Assembly: GCA_903894565.1 (NCBI GenBank) | Contig: CAITQP010000009.1 | Coordinates: forward strand, 8,576-72,575 | From: an uncultured bacterium | GTDB taxonomy: Bacteria; Patescibacteriota; Minisyncoccia; Phycocordibacterales; UBA9973 | Reading direction: 5' to 3' | DNA length: 64,000 bases | In this document: one piece after another, positions 48,382-57,380 of the stretch | Layout: each line of letters begins with the position of its first letter | How positions within the stretch are numbered: the stretch's first letter is position 1 | Notes under the pieces: generated by a model | Databases searched by the model: none | Told to the model about the DNA's origin: nothing | The model's input: only the letters and a program-made list of their open reading frames with translations | Position numbers and translations under genes: made by a program

Positions 48382-48696
48382 TTATTGATTCGAAGCCTTT
48401 CCAATCGAATCGAGAATCGCCGCTCTGTCTGTCATGTTGGGAGCCGGAGTCTTTTTTTCGAGCGTCTTAAGAATATCCGTTTTTTGTTTGTCAGTAATAG
48501 AGCCTTGTACTGAATTATTGCCGATCTGGTCAATTACTGCCTTGTGTTCACTTTCAACAGTAGTAGCGGGTGAAGTAACACTTTTTTTTATGAAAACAAG
48601 ACCAACAGCAATAAGTGCTGCGACAACTATTATAATAAGAAGAACTTTTGGCTTTGCACGCGACGAACGAACTGATTGCTTCATTGGAGCATCCAT
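48382..48696 (-). CDS. small single-pass membrane protein
   Basis: One hydrophobic helix; TGG-TACAAT 9 nt before the ATG. Confidence 0.7.
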   Translation of the reverse strand: MDAPMKQSVRSSRAKPKVLLIIIVVAALIAVGLVFIKKSVTSPATTVESEHKAVIDQIGNNSVQGSITDKQKTDILKTLEKKTPAPNMTDRAAILDSIGKASNQ

Positions 48697-48760
48697 ATGT
48701 CACATATTGTACCATTTATAGTTCGGGTGGATAACAATCATCTGGCTGTGGAAAACCAAC

Positions 48761-48817
48761 AACCCCGCATTTGCGCGCAAATGCGGGGTTGACACGTTTT
48801 GCCGAGCAGAGTACTAT
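48761..48817 (+). promoter_or_regulatory. nusA promoter overlapped by a 30-bp perfect palindrome
   Basis: AACCCCGCATTTGCGCGCAAATGCGGGGTT runs into TTGACA, followed by TACTAT. Confidence 0.55.
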
Positions 48818-48847
48818 ATATATGTTACTAGATAAGGTGTTTAGGTA

Positions 48848-48876
48848 TGTCGGCCATCGGGCCGGCTCTTTTTTTT
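48848..48876 (+). terminator. leader terminator upstream of nusA (possible autoregulation)
   Basis: GTCGGCC-ATCG-GGCCGGC followed by a T-rich tract between promoter and start. Confidence 0.6.
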
Positions 48877-48950
48877 AAAAGGACCCAAAAACCTCATCAA
48901 AAATTAGAAAATTTAATAACGAGCCTTGTAAAATAAGGCTAAAATCATAT

Positions 48951-50126
48951 ATGTTAGACCTAAAAGCACTCAAAATAGCCCTCGACCAACTCGAAACAGA
49001 GCGCCGAGTACCCCGCGAGAAGATCATCGATGCCATCGAACAGGCACTCGCCGCCGCTTACAAAAAAGACTACGGCAAGCGTGGGCAGATCGTTCGCGCC
49101 CATTTTGACCTTGAAACTGGCCGTACCGACTTCTTTCAGGTGAAAATCGTCGCCGACGAATCAACTGTTTACTTCGTAGAGGATGGTGTCGATACTCCAG
49201 ACCTCCCAGAAGGCGACGAGCGTGTTCGCTTCAATCCCGAGCACCACATTCTCCTTGAGGATGCACGCATCATGAAATCAAACGCTGTTGTAGGCGAGGA
49301 AATCAACTTCCCCCTTGAAGCCAAAGAAGATTACGGCCGTATTGCAGCCCAAACAGCCAAGCAAGTCATCATTCAGCGCATCCGTGAGGCAGAACACGGT
49401 GCAATCATGAGCGAATTCGGCGGTCACGAAGGTGATATCGTCAGTGGAATGATTCAGAAGATGGAACGTGGCAATGTCTTCGTTGATATTGGTCGCGTTA
49501 CCGCTATTCTTCCTCGCGAAGAACAGATTCCAAACGAATACTATCGTCGTGGTGAGCGTATTCGCGCATACCTGTATGCTGTTGAAGAAACTCCTCGTGG
49601 CGTATCGCTCAAAATCTCACGTACACATCCAAAATTCATTACAGCGCTCTTCGCTCAAGAAGCTCCAGAAGTTGCAAGTGGCACCGTAGAAATAAAATCA
49701 ACTGCTCGTGAGGCAGGTGCTCGAACCAAGATTGCAGTTTTCTCAGCTGACGAACATGTTGATCCAGTTGGTTCATGTGTCGGACAGAAGGGTATCCGTG
49801 TAACAACTGTTATGAGTGAGCTCGGAAACGAAAAGATTGATATCATTGAATGGAATGCAGATCCAGCAAAGTTTGTTTCAGCTGCTCTCTCACCAGCAAA
49901 AGCGCTCTCAGTCGTCATCAATGACACTGAGCACACCGCGAGTGTTGAAGTCGCTGACGATCAACTTTCACTCGCAATAGGAAAGGGCGGACAGAACGTT
50001 CGTCTCGCCGCAAAACTCACTGGATGGAGAATCGATATCAAAGGAGTCGCCGGTGAAACAGTTGGATCATCAGATGGTGAAACAGTTGTAGAAAAGAAAG
50101 AGACAGTAGCCGAAGAGACTGCTTAA
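48951..50126 (+). CDS. nusA: transcription termination/antitermination factor NusA
   Basis: GRIAAQTAKQVI, AREAGARTKIAV, DPVGSCVGQKG, LSLAIGKGGQNVRLAAKLTGW. Confidence 0.98.
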   Translation: MLDLKALKIALDQLETERRVPREKIIDAIEQALAAAYKKDYGKRGQIVRAHFDLETGRTDFFQVKIVADESTVYFVEDGVDTPDLPEGDERVRFNPEHHILLEDARIMKSNAVVGEEINFPLEAKEDYGRIAAQTAKQVIIQRIREAEHGAIMSEFGGHEGDIVSGMIQKMERGNVFVDIGRVTAILPREEQIPNEYYRRGERIRAYLYAVEETPRGVSLKISRTHPKFITALFAQEAPEVASGTVEIKSTAREAGARTKIAVFSADEHVDPVGSCVGQKGIRVTTVMSELGNEKIDIIEWNADPAKFVSAALSPAKALSVVINDTEHTASVEVADDQLSLAIGKGGQNVRLAAKLTGWRIDIKGVAGETVGSSDGETVVEKKETVAEETA

Positions 50127-50143
50127 TCATATAATAGAAGCAT

Positions 50144-50728
50144 ATGGCAAACATCAATCACGAACCATCGAAGTACATGCTCAACTTGTTGCACGTACTC
50201 CCAGCCGTTGTCGATGAATCAAAGTGCATCATTAATGCAATCGTCGAAGTTTCTGCTGGATCTATCAACAAGTACGAACTCATCACCGAGAGTGGTCAGC
50301 TCAAGCTCGATCGTGTTGGATATTCTTCAATGGCATATCCATTCACATACGGAGCGATTCCAATGACATGGGATCAAGACAATGACCCGCTTGATGTTGA
50401 AGTTGTAAATGTAACTGAACCACTCGTGCCAGGATCTGTCGTTGAACTCCGTGTCATCGGTATCATGAAATATATTGATGGAGGTGAAGTCGATGACAAA
50501 ATCATCGCCGTCATCAGTGAAGACAAACGACAAGATCACATCACACATGTGGATCAGCTCGGAGAGTATTTCAAAAAACAAACACAGTACTACTGGGAAA
50601 ATTACAAAGCGCTCAAGAAACCTGGTACTGGCGTTGTCGAAACATTCCATGGACCAGAAGAAGCAATGAAGGTCATCAAAGAATGTGTTGATGTGTACGC
50701 AAAGAATTACGCTTCAAAGGTAAAATAG
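50144..50728 (+). CDS. ppa: inorganic pyrophosphatase (family I)
   Basis: NKYE, LDRV, YPFTYGAIP, DNDPLDV, DGGEVDDKII. Confidence 0.95.
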   Translation: MANINHEPSKYMLNLLHVLPAVVDESKCIINAIVEVSAGSINKYELITESGQLKLDRVGYSSMAYPFTYGAIPMTWDQDNDPLDVEVVNVTEPLVPGSVVELRVIGIMKYIDGGEVDDKIIAVISEDKRQDHITHVDQLGEYFKKQTQYYWENYKALKKPGTGVVETFHGPEEAMKVIKECVDVYAKNYASKVK

Positions 50729-50739
50729 TACTCAAGACT

Positions 50740-50780
50740 AAGAAAAAATCACGCCCCGAATCGGGGCGTGATTTTTTCTT
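50740..50780 (+). terminator. terminator after ppa
   Basis: AAGAAAAAATCACGCCCCG-AAT-CGGGGCGTGATTTTTTCTT. Confidence 0.78.
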
Positions 50781-50814
50781 TCATTTTTTGTAAAATTGTA
50801 TATACTCACACCAT

Positions 50815-51024
50815 ATGGAAAGAATGTCTCAAAAATCTATCCGAGAAAATGGTGGCGCTCTGGCCGGCATTGTCATTATCCTCGCTATCCTGATTATTGC
50901 AGGCTATTTCCTCTACCAAAATGTGCGCAAGCAAACTGATCTTATTCAAAACCACCAAGCAAAGACAGCTGCCGAAGCCGGCATCAACCTCGACGCAAAC
51001 GCGTCAGGGTCTCTCTCAAACTAA
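50815..51024 (+). CDS. small membrane protein
   Basis: GGALAGIVIILAILIIAGYFLY; TATACT 8 nt before the ATG. Confidence 0.7.
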   Translation: MERMSQKSIRENGGALAGIVIILAILIIAGYFLYQNVRKQTDLIQNHQAKTAAEAGINLDANASGSLSN

Positions 51025-51029
51025 CAAGG

Positions 51030-51164
51030 CCGAGCAGGAACAAAAGCACACACCTCCTTTGAAGAAGGCCTTTCGCAGGCGCTTGGCGCCGAGAAGCCCG
51101 GCCGCGAGCACGCGGAACGGGTTGCCTTTTCAAAGGAGGTGTGTGTGCTTTTGTTCCTGCTCGG
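51030..51164. mobile_element. hairpin element family A, copy 3 (opposite orientation)
   Basis: 34/36-bp arms differing by one TG dinucleotide; core 51064-51128 matches the reverse complement of copy 1 at 59/65 nt. Confidence 0.85.
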
Positions 51165-51188
51165 TTTTTGTGTTAGTATGCGAAAACC

Positions 51189-52232
51189 ATGAAAAATACA
51201 ATCAAAAAATTAGCTAAGAGTGAAACCCAGATTGACGTAGTAATCCCAGCAGACGTATTTGAAAGCTACCGTGCGAAAGCGCTCAGTCGCGCAGGCGAGC
51301 ACGTCGAAATCCCTGGATTTCGCAAAGGCAAAGTGCCAGCAAACATTCTTGAAAAAGAGCTCAACCCAATGATGTTGCTCGAAGAAATGGCAGACATTGC
51401 AATCAACGAACACTTTCCAAAGATTTTGAAAGATGAGAAGATCGACGCTATCGGTCGCCCATCAATCACACTTACCAAGATCGCAAAAGATAACGACCTT
51501 GAGTTTACTGCGGTCGTTGCCACCCTTCCTGAAGTCAAACTTCCTGAATACAAAAAAATCGCGTCCGTTGAAAATAAAACTGTTGCCGATGTGACTGTCA
51601 CTGACGCTGAGCTCGACGAAGCAATCAAAGAACTCAAAAAGGCGCGCAAGCATAATGAAATTCATCAGTCAGGCGAGAAGCATGACCACGCAGAATTTGA
51701 GAAACTTGAATTCGATGCAACGCTTGATGATGAGTATGTGAAATTACTTGGTGAGTTCGAAAATGTTGACGCATTCAAAGTAAAATTCCGCGAAAACATC
51801 AAAGCTGAAAAGATTGCTCGAGATCTCGAGAAGCGCCGCATCGCAACGCTTGAAAAAATTGCCGAAGCAACGACGATCGAAATTCCTCAAGTACTGATCG
51901 AAAACGAAGCAGAGAATCTCATCAATCGTCTCAAGGCAGATATTGCTCAAGCTGGCATTCCATTTGAAGAATATCTCAAGCACGTGCAAAAATCAGAAGC
52001 TGATATCCAAAAAGATTTACTTCCTGATGCTGAGAAGCGCGCAAAGACAGAGCTTATCATGATGGAAATCGCCAAGGCAGAAAAACTCGAACCAAAGGCT
52101 GAAGAAGTTGAAAACGAAACCAAGCGTCTCATCCAAACATACCAAGACGCAGACCCACTCCGTGCTCGTATGTATGTTGCACACATGATGCTCAACGAAG
52201 AAATCTTTAAGTTCCTCGAAGCTCAGCAATAG
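51189..52232 (+). CDS. tig: trigger factor (short form)
   Basis: IPGFRKGKVP ribosome-binding motif; 347 aa; precedes clpP. Confidence 0.93.
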   Translation: MKNTIKKLAKSETQIDVVIPADVFESYRAKALSRAGEHVEIPGFRKGKVPANILEKELNPMMLLEEMADIAINEHFPKILKDEKIDAIGRPSITLTKIAKDNDLEFTAVVATLPEVKLPEYKKIASVENKTVADVTVTDAELDEAIKELKKARKHNEIHQSGEKHDHAEFEKLEFDATLDDEYVKLLGEFENVDAFKVKFRENIKAEKIARDLEKRRIATLEKIAEATTIEIPQVLIENEAENLINRLKADIAQAGIPFEEYLKHVQKSEADIQKDLLPDAEKRAKTELIMMEIAKAEKLEPKAEEVENETKRLIQTYQDADPLRARMYVAHMMLNEEIFKFLEAQQ

Positions 52233-52284
52233 AAACTATTTTTGTGGTATAGTCAGAAAACATTACTAGTAATACTTACCTTAT

Positions 52285-52875
52285 ATGCTCATCCCAACAG
52301 TCATCGAAAAAAGTCAGTTTGGCGAACGCGCGTACGATATTTATTCGCGTCTCTTGCGCGAACGTATCATCTTCCTCGGTGGAGCGATTGATGACCACAT
52401 GGCAAACATTGTCATTGCTCAATTACTCTTCCTTGAAAACGAAGATCCAAAAAAAGATATTAAACTTTATATCAATTCTCCGGGTGGTTCAGTCACAGCT
52501 GCAATGGCAATCTACGACACGATGAATCACATCAAGCCAGATGTCTCAACAGTGTGTGTCGGTATCGCCGCATCTGCTGCTGCAGTCCTCCTCTCAAGTG
52601 GAGCGAAGGGAAAGCGATTCTGTCTGCCAAATTCTGAGGTGATGATTCACCAAGTCATGGGTGGCGCAGAAGGACAAGCGTCGGACATTGCGATCGTGGC
52701 AAAACACATTCTTCGCACCAAAGAAAATCTCAATAAGATTCTCTCGAAGAACACCGGCAAGCCAATCACACAGGTTGAAAAAGATTCTGATCGCGACTAC
52801 TATATGAGTGCTGATGAAGCCAAGAGATACGGCATCATCGATGAAATCGTGATGAAGTCAAAGAGCGGAAAATAA
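52285..52875 (+). CDS. clpP: ATP-dependent Clp protease proteolytic subunit
   Basis: [39 protein letters not shown]. Confidence 0.98.
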   Translation: MLIPTVIEKSQFGERAYDIYSRLLRERIIFLGGAIDDHMANIVIAQLLFLENEDPKKDIKLYINSPGGSVTAAMAIYDTMNHIKPDVSTVCVGIAASAAAVLLSSGAKGKRFCLPNSEVMIHQVMGGAEGQASDIAIVAKHILRTKENLNKILSKNTGKPITQVEKDSDRDYYMSADEAKRYGIIDEIVMKSKSGK

Positions 52876-52986
52876 AACGACCCGCACAAAAAAACACCCG
52901 ACGTAACATCGGGTTTTCAAATAAGATTTCTGTTCCCATGCTCTTGATACTATATATTGTATCTCTACACGGACGACCCTTGATCG

Positions 52987-53343
52987 TCAGAGGTCCTCTG
53001 TCACCATTTCGATACGCATAACGCGAACGAATTTAATGAATTTATAATGGCGTCTGTTAAAAGAAAAAGTTGCCTCGCTTGCGTCTTCTACCTCAACAAC
53101 GTCTGCCTTTATCGGATACCTACCAAGTCGAATGACGTGATCGATGACCGATAGCGGAGCTACCATTACAATTTCATCAAATTTACCTACAGTTATTCTG
53201 TCAACAATTTTGGCAGCATTCATATAGGCCTCGTTCTCCGATACGTGTTCCAGTACCATGTCCTCACCGAATATTTCTTTGAGTATTAGTATCTGGAATG
53301 CCATCGGAGGATGGCGCGAGAACCAAAGAATTCTCTTTGGCAT
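52987..53343 (-). CDS. hypothetical protein with N-terminal WFSRH motif
   Basis: Likely start MPKRILWFSRHPP at 53343. Confidence 0.65.
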   Translation of the reverse strand: MPKRILWFSRHPPMAFQILILKEIFGEDMVLEHVSENEAYMNAAKIVDRITVGKFDEIVMVAPLSVIDHVIRLGRYPIKADVVEVEDASEATFSFNRRHYKFIKFVRVMRIEMVTEDL

Positions 53344-53620
53344 TATTTTTACAATACAATTTTTATATATCAGTGTCAATATACACCCAAAGTACCTGGA
53401 ACTCTTCGTGCCATCATTTCTCGACATTCCACCAAAGCTCTGGTATTCTATGAATATCGAACTTTAGTATATTAGTTTGGCCGTTCGTACAGAAAAAGCT
53501 CCGTTTACTCTTCAAACCATTATGAATCTCAGGACTTCCCGCGCTGTGTGTTCCAAATATTCCGTCATTTTGATTCGAACTATTCGAAGCGTTTTCTAGA
53601 CGACCGGCTACAGGTCGTGT

Positions 53621-55150
53621 ATGAGTACATTTATTGTATTGCTCATCGTTATCATCGCTCTCGCAGGTGGTGTGGCAGGTGGATATTACCTCCGCAAAGT
53701 CACAGCTCTCGGCAAGCGACGCTCGATTGAGATAGATATCAAGCAGATGCTCGTCGGTGCGAAGGAGGAAGCTCAACGCATTCTCGACGAGGCAAAGAAG
53801 AAAGCCGACGAAGCAGATTCGGACATCCGCATGACGGAACGCCGAAAAGCCGAAGATTTCAAGCGTACTGAAGAGCGCCTGATCAAAAAGGAAGAGCTCC
53901 TCGATGCCCGCCAAACAGAAATCGACAAGGAGTCAGAGATTCAGAAGGGCAAGATCGAAGAAATCAAGAAGATCAAGGAACGTGCCGATCATTTGCTTGC
54001 GGAACGTGTCACGACACTCGAAAAAGTGGCTGGCCTTTCACGTGACGATGCCAAGAATCAGCTCATTCAAGAGATTGAACGTGACAGCGAGGAGGATCTC
54101 ATGGTTCGTATGCAGAAATTAGAGCAAAACGCCGAGGAGCGTCTCGGTCGTCGTGCAAAAGACATCCTCGCGACTTCAATCCAGCGTCTCGCATCAAGTA
54201 CGGCAGCTGAGATCATGACGACCAACGTTGCGATACCATCCGACGACATCAAAGGCAAAATCATTGGAAAAGAAGGACGCAATATTCGCGCCTTCGAACG
54301 TGCAGCAGGAGTTGAGCTCATCGTTGACGAGACTCCAGGCACCATCATCATCTCGGCCTTCGATCCAGTTCGCCGTCAGATTGCACGAGTTGCACTTGAA
54401 AACCTTATTCTTGACGGACGTATTCAGCCAGCCAAGATCGAAGAAGTTGTTACCAAGGCGAAGGACGACATCAACAAGATCATCAAGGAAAAGGGCGAGC
54501 AGGCAGTCTACGAATGTGGCATCTTCAATTTCGATCCTCGTATCATAGCTATTTTGGGACGACTCTACTTCCGAACCAGTTACGGCCAAAACGTTCTCCA
54601 GCACTCAGTGGAAATGGCACATATTGCCGGCATGATGGCTGAAGAACTCGGTGCTGATGTTGCTGTCGCCAAACAAGGAGCACTCGTGCATGACATCGGA
54701 AAGGCACTCGACCATGAAGTACAAGGTACACATATCGAAATCGGTATTCGTATTCTTCAGAAGTTCGGAGCTGATCCACGCGTCGTCGTTGCAATGAAGA
54801 GTCATCATGATGACTGCCCTCACGAATCAATCGAAGCGGTCATCGTGCAAACCGCCGACAATATTTCTGGTGGCCGCCCAGGTGCTCGACGCGATAGTGT
54901 TGAGAACTACCTCAAACGACTTCAAGAAATGGAATCCCTCGTAAACGCATTTCCAAATATTGAAAAGTCATACGCACTCTCTGCTGGACGCGAAATTCGT
55001 ATCTTCGTTACTCCTGAAAAAGTCAGTGATGTTGAGGCCAAAGAAATGGCTCGCGATATCGCAAAGAAGATTGAAGCTGAACTTAAGTATCCTGGTGAAA
55101 TCAAAGTAACGATGATTCGCGAAACACGTATCATCGAATACGCGAGATAG
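53621..55150 (+). CDS. rny: ribonuclease Y
   Basis: N-terminal TM, coiled coil, KGKIIGKEGRNIR (KH), RTSYGQNVLQHS, HDIGKA (HD), RPGARR. Confidence 0.98.
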   Translation: MSTFIVLLIVIIALAGGVAGGYYLRKVTALGKRRSIEIDIKQMLVGAKEEAQRILDEAKKKADEADSDIRMTERRKAEDFKRTEERLIKKEELLDARQTEIDKESEIQKGKIEEIKKIKERADHLLAERVTTLEKVAGLSRDDAKNQLIQEIERDSEEDLMVRMQKLEQNAEERLGRRAKDILATSIQRLASSTAAEIMTTNVAIPSDDIKGKIIGKEGRNIRAFERAAGVELIVDETPGTIIISAFDPVRRQIARVALENLILDGRIQPAKIEEVVTKAKDDINKIIKEKGEQAVYECGIFNFDPRIIAILGRLYFRTSYGQNVLQHSVEMAHIAGMMAEELGADVAVAKQGALVHDIGKALDHEVQGTHIEIGIRILQKFGADPRVVVAMKSHHDDCPHESIEAVIVQTADNISGGRPGARRDSVENYLKRLQEMESLVNAFPNIEKSYALSAGREIRIFVTPEKVSDVEAKEMARDIAKKIEAELKYPGEIKVTMIRETRIIEYAR

Positions 55151-55173
55151 CAAAAAATAAAAAACGCCCCGTT

Positions 55174-55572
55174 ATGGAATTAAAAAATTGGCACAATCTC
55201 GCCCCAAAGCTCCCTCGTCAACGCATCATGATAGAGGGCCTCACAGATCGTCTCTATACGGAAGATGATATCAAGGATTTTATGAGTAAACTCACCGAAA
55301 TCGTTGGCATGCGTCCACTGGAAAAGCCGTTCGCTTATCCAGCCCTCAAAATGGGATATGGTGGCTGGCAACATTGGGTGACATCAGGTGTACATGTATA
55401 CACGTATCCTGCGATAACGACTGGTTCAAGTAGTGTCACAGGCAAAGCCGACCAATGTCTCGTCTCAGTTGATGCGTATACTTGTAAGCCGTTCGACAAC
55501 GAGAAAGCAGTGGCTTTCACAAAAGAATACTTCAAGTGTACAGAAATCGTATGGCAAGAAGTTCGAGTGTAA
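55174..55572 (+). CDS. S-adenosylmethionine decarboxylase-like proenzyme
   Basis: GYGGWQHWVTSGVHVYT and VSVDAYTCKPFD resemble the SpeD pyruvoyl fold. Confidence 0.72.
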   Translation: MELKNWHNLAPKLPRQRIMIEGLTDRLYTEDDIKDFMSKLTEIVGMRPLEKPFAYPALKMGYGGWQHWVTSGVHVYTYPAITTGSSSVTGKADQCLVSVDAYTCKPFDNEKAVAFTKEYFKCTEIVWQEVRV

Positions 55573-55590
55573 TCGGTGCGACTCAATATT

Positions 55591-55626
55591 AAAAATGGCA
55601 GACCTTAAGTAGGGGTCTGCCATTTT
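55591..55626. terminator. bidirectional terminator
   Basis: AAAATGGCAGACC-loop-GGTCTGCCATTTT. Confidence 0.75.
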
Positions 55627-55630
55627 TCAC

Positions 55631-57328
55631 TTACACAAACTCCTGCTGATAACAACTCACACAGTAGACTATTTCTGGTCCCTCTGGATTATATGCAGTC
55701 TGTATGTCAGTTCCACATTTTGCACAATGACGATCCCATAATTTCGGTGAATTCATTCGCTTAAAGCGTCGATTCTCACGACATTTCAAACACAATCGTG
55801 GAAGCGGAAGATTCATTTTTAACAACAAATCATATTCCATTTTTGCAATTCGATATGCACGGCCACATTCAATACAGCCAATCGCTTCTTTCAAAATAGT
55901 CTCGTCGACTTCTTTGATCGTCTGCGGGAGCAATTCCCCGTCAATTGAATTCGCAACAACCGGAGCGATTGCGTCACTCCACGTATACCCTTCGGCGAGT
56001 GCCTGCTCTTTCGTCTTTGGGAAGAACCGCATTGCATTTGATTTATTGTACGGAAAGTTACTAAACTCAAGCGGGAAAAATTCTCCATACGGAAATGTTC
56101 GCCCGAGTGCGTCAACGTACGGTCGAACCTTCATGTCCTCAATAATCTGCGCACGTAGTATTTCAAATGCTTCTTTTGTATATTCTTTATTCAAAATGCA
56201 GTGTTGTTTGCGTTTCAAATTTGCACAACCAAAATTATTCTTCCCTGCTGTGTTCCAAATACAATACTGCAAATTCATAACATCCGGCCAGCATTCGAGT
56301 GCAAACATAACAGAGTTCGCATTCTCGCCAACGGTCACAGCCTCATATATCTCTGTGGCGTTATTTCCCCATCCAGAATAATCTCGACAGTCCTTCGCCG
56401 AATGTACTGTGATGAACTCAACCCATTTACAATCCTCGGCGCCATTTGCAATATACATTTCGTGAGAATTCTTTGATTCATATACATATTCTCCTGATAC
56501 GTTCACATTAAGCGGACTCCCGTGATATGCACGATACGACTCGGTCAAAAAAAATACGTCTGCTTTTTTTTGGAGAGCATCAATACCCGAACGAGTATCG
56601 AGGCGCATCTCGGCTGCTCGAGCGATATACTCTTCATGACTATATTTCACATTAAAAATACAATTTGATTCTCCGCGCAAATTTGCACAACCGATACAAT
56701 TCGTACAGTTATAGCAATTGCGCGAGAACCATACGTCAACACAGTTATCGCATTCTTCGGAATAAAATGTTCGATAACATTTTTCAAAACCGATTGATTC
56801 ATAACACAATTCTGACTCGAATCCGCGAATGCAGTCGGCACTATTTTTAAGTGTGTTGAGAAGAGATGAATTATATACGTTTTCACAAAAGTCCGCCCAA
56901 AAAACAAACGAGCAATCTTTACTCCAAGCAAGCGCGTTCGAGTAATCTGAGTTTTTTAAACTGGTATACAAACTCGTAAGCGCAGAATATGGTGTCTTTC
57001 GAGCAAGCTCCTTGAGCTGATCCAAAAATGGTCGCGCCGGATCGTAATCCATCGCGTACTCAGTGCCGTCCCAGTCATCCTTCCACCAGCATGGCTGACA
57101 ATACACGGTGAGCTCTTGCTCTGGAGAGTACAAGGATAACGTTCGATTGCCACACTTGTCACAATTGCGCCAGTGAAGATTCCACGTATTTTGAAACGAA
57201 AACCTTCGCACTCGGCGACATTCCGAACACCACGAAGGATGAGGGACTCGTATTTTTTTATAATAATGAGCATCCTCTTCCGTGATTTCAAATTCGTGAT
57301 TACAATTTTGGCACAATTTTGTTTCCAT
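55631..57328 (-). CDS. Cys-rich multi zinc-ribbon / repeat protein, paralog 1
   Basis: CQNC, CSEC, CDKC, YCQPCWW; central Cys repeats; CIEC, CLKC, CAKC, YCVSCYQQE. Confidence 0.88.
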   Translation of the reverse strand: METKLCQNCNHEFEITEEDAHYYKKIRVPHPSWCSECRRVRRFSFQNTWNLHWRNCDKCGNRTLSLYSPEQELTVYCQPCWWKDDWDGTEYAMDYDPARPFLDQLKELARKTPYSALTSLYTSLKNSDYSNALAWSKDCSFVFWADFCENVYNSSLLNTLKNSADCIRGFESELCYESIGFEKCYRTFYSEECDNCVDVWFSRNCYNCTNCIGCANLRGESNCIFNVKYSHEEYIARAAEMRLDTRSGIDALQKKADVFFLTESYRAYHGSPLNVNVSGEYVYESKNSHEMYIANGAEDCKWVEFITVHSAKDCRDYSGWGNNATEIYEAVTVGENANSVMFALECWPDVMNLQYCIWNTAGKNNFGCANLKRKQHCILNKEYTKEAFEILRAQIIEDMKVRPYVDALGRTFPYGEFFPLEFSNFPYNKSNAMRFFPKTKEQALAEGYTWSDAIAPVVANSIDGELLPQTIKEVDETILKEAIGCIECGRAYRIAKMEYDLLLKMNLPLPRLCLKCRENRRFKRMNSPKLWDRHCAKCGTDIQTAYNPEGPEIVYCVSCYQQEFV

Positions 57329-57380
57329 AATCAATACTCATAGTATGCCATATATGGGCACAAGATAGAAAAATCCTTGG

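Noticed and set aside
53440-53620. Long rny leader as a riboswitch
   Set aside because: Only short hairpins are visible and no known aptamer consensus was recognised.
53414-53914. 166-aa minus-strand ORF and the many similar ORFs overlapping ribosomal genes, tuf, fusA and recJ
   Set aside because: Shadow frames of well-supported genes, with no motifs.
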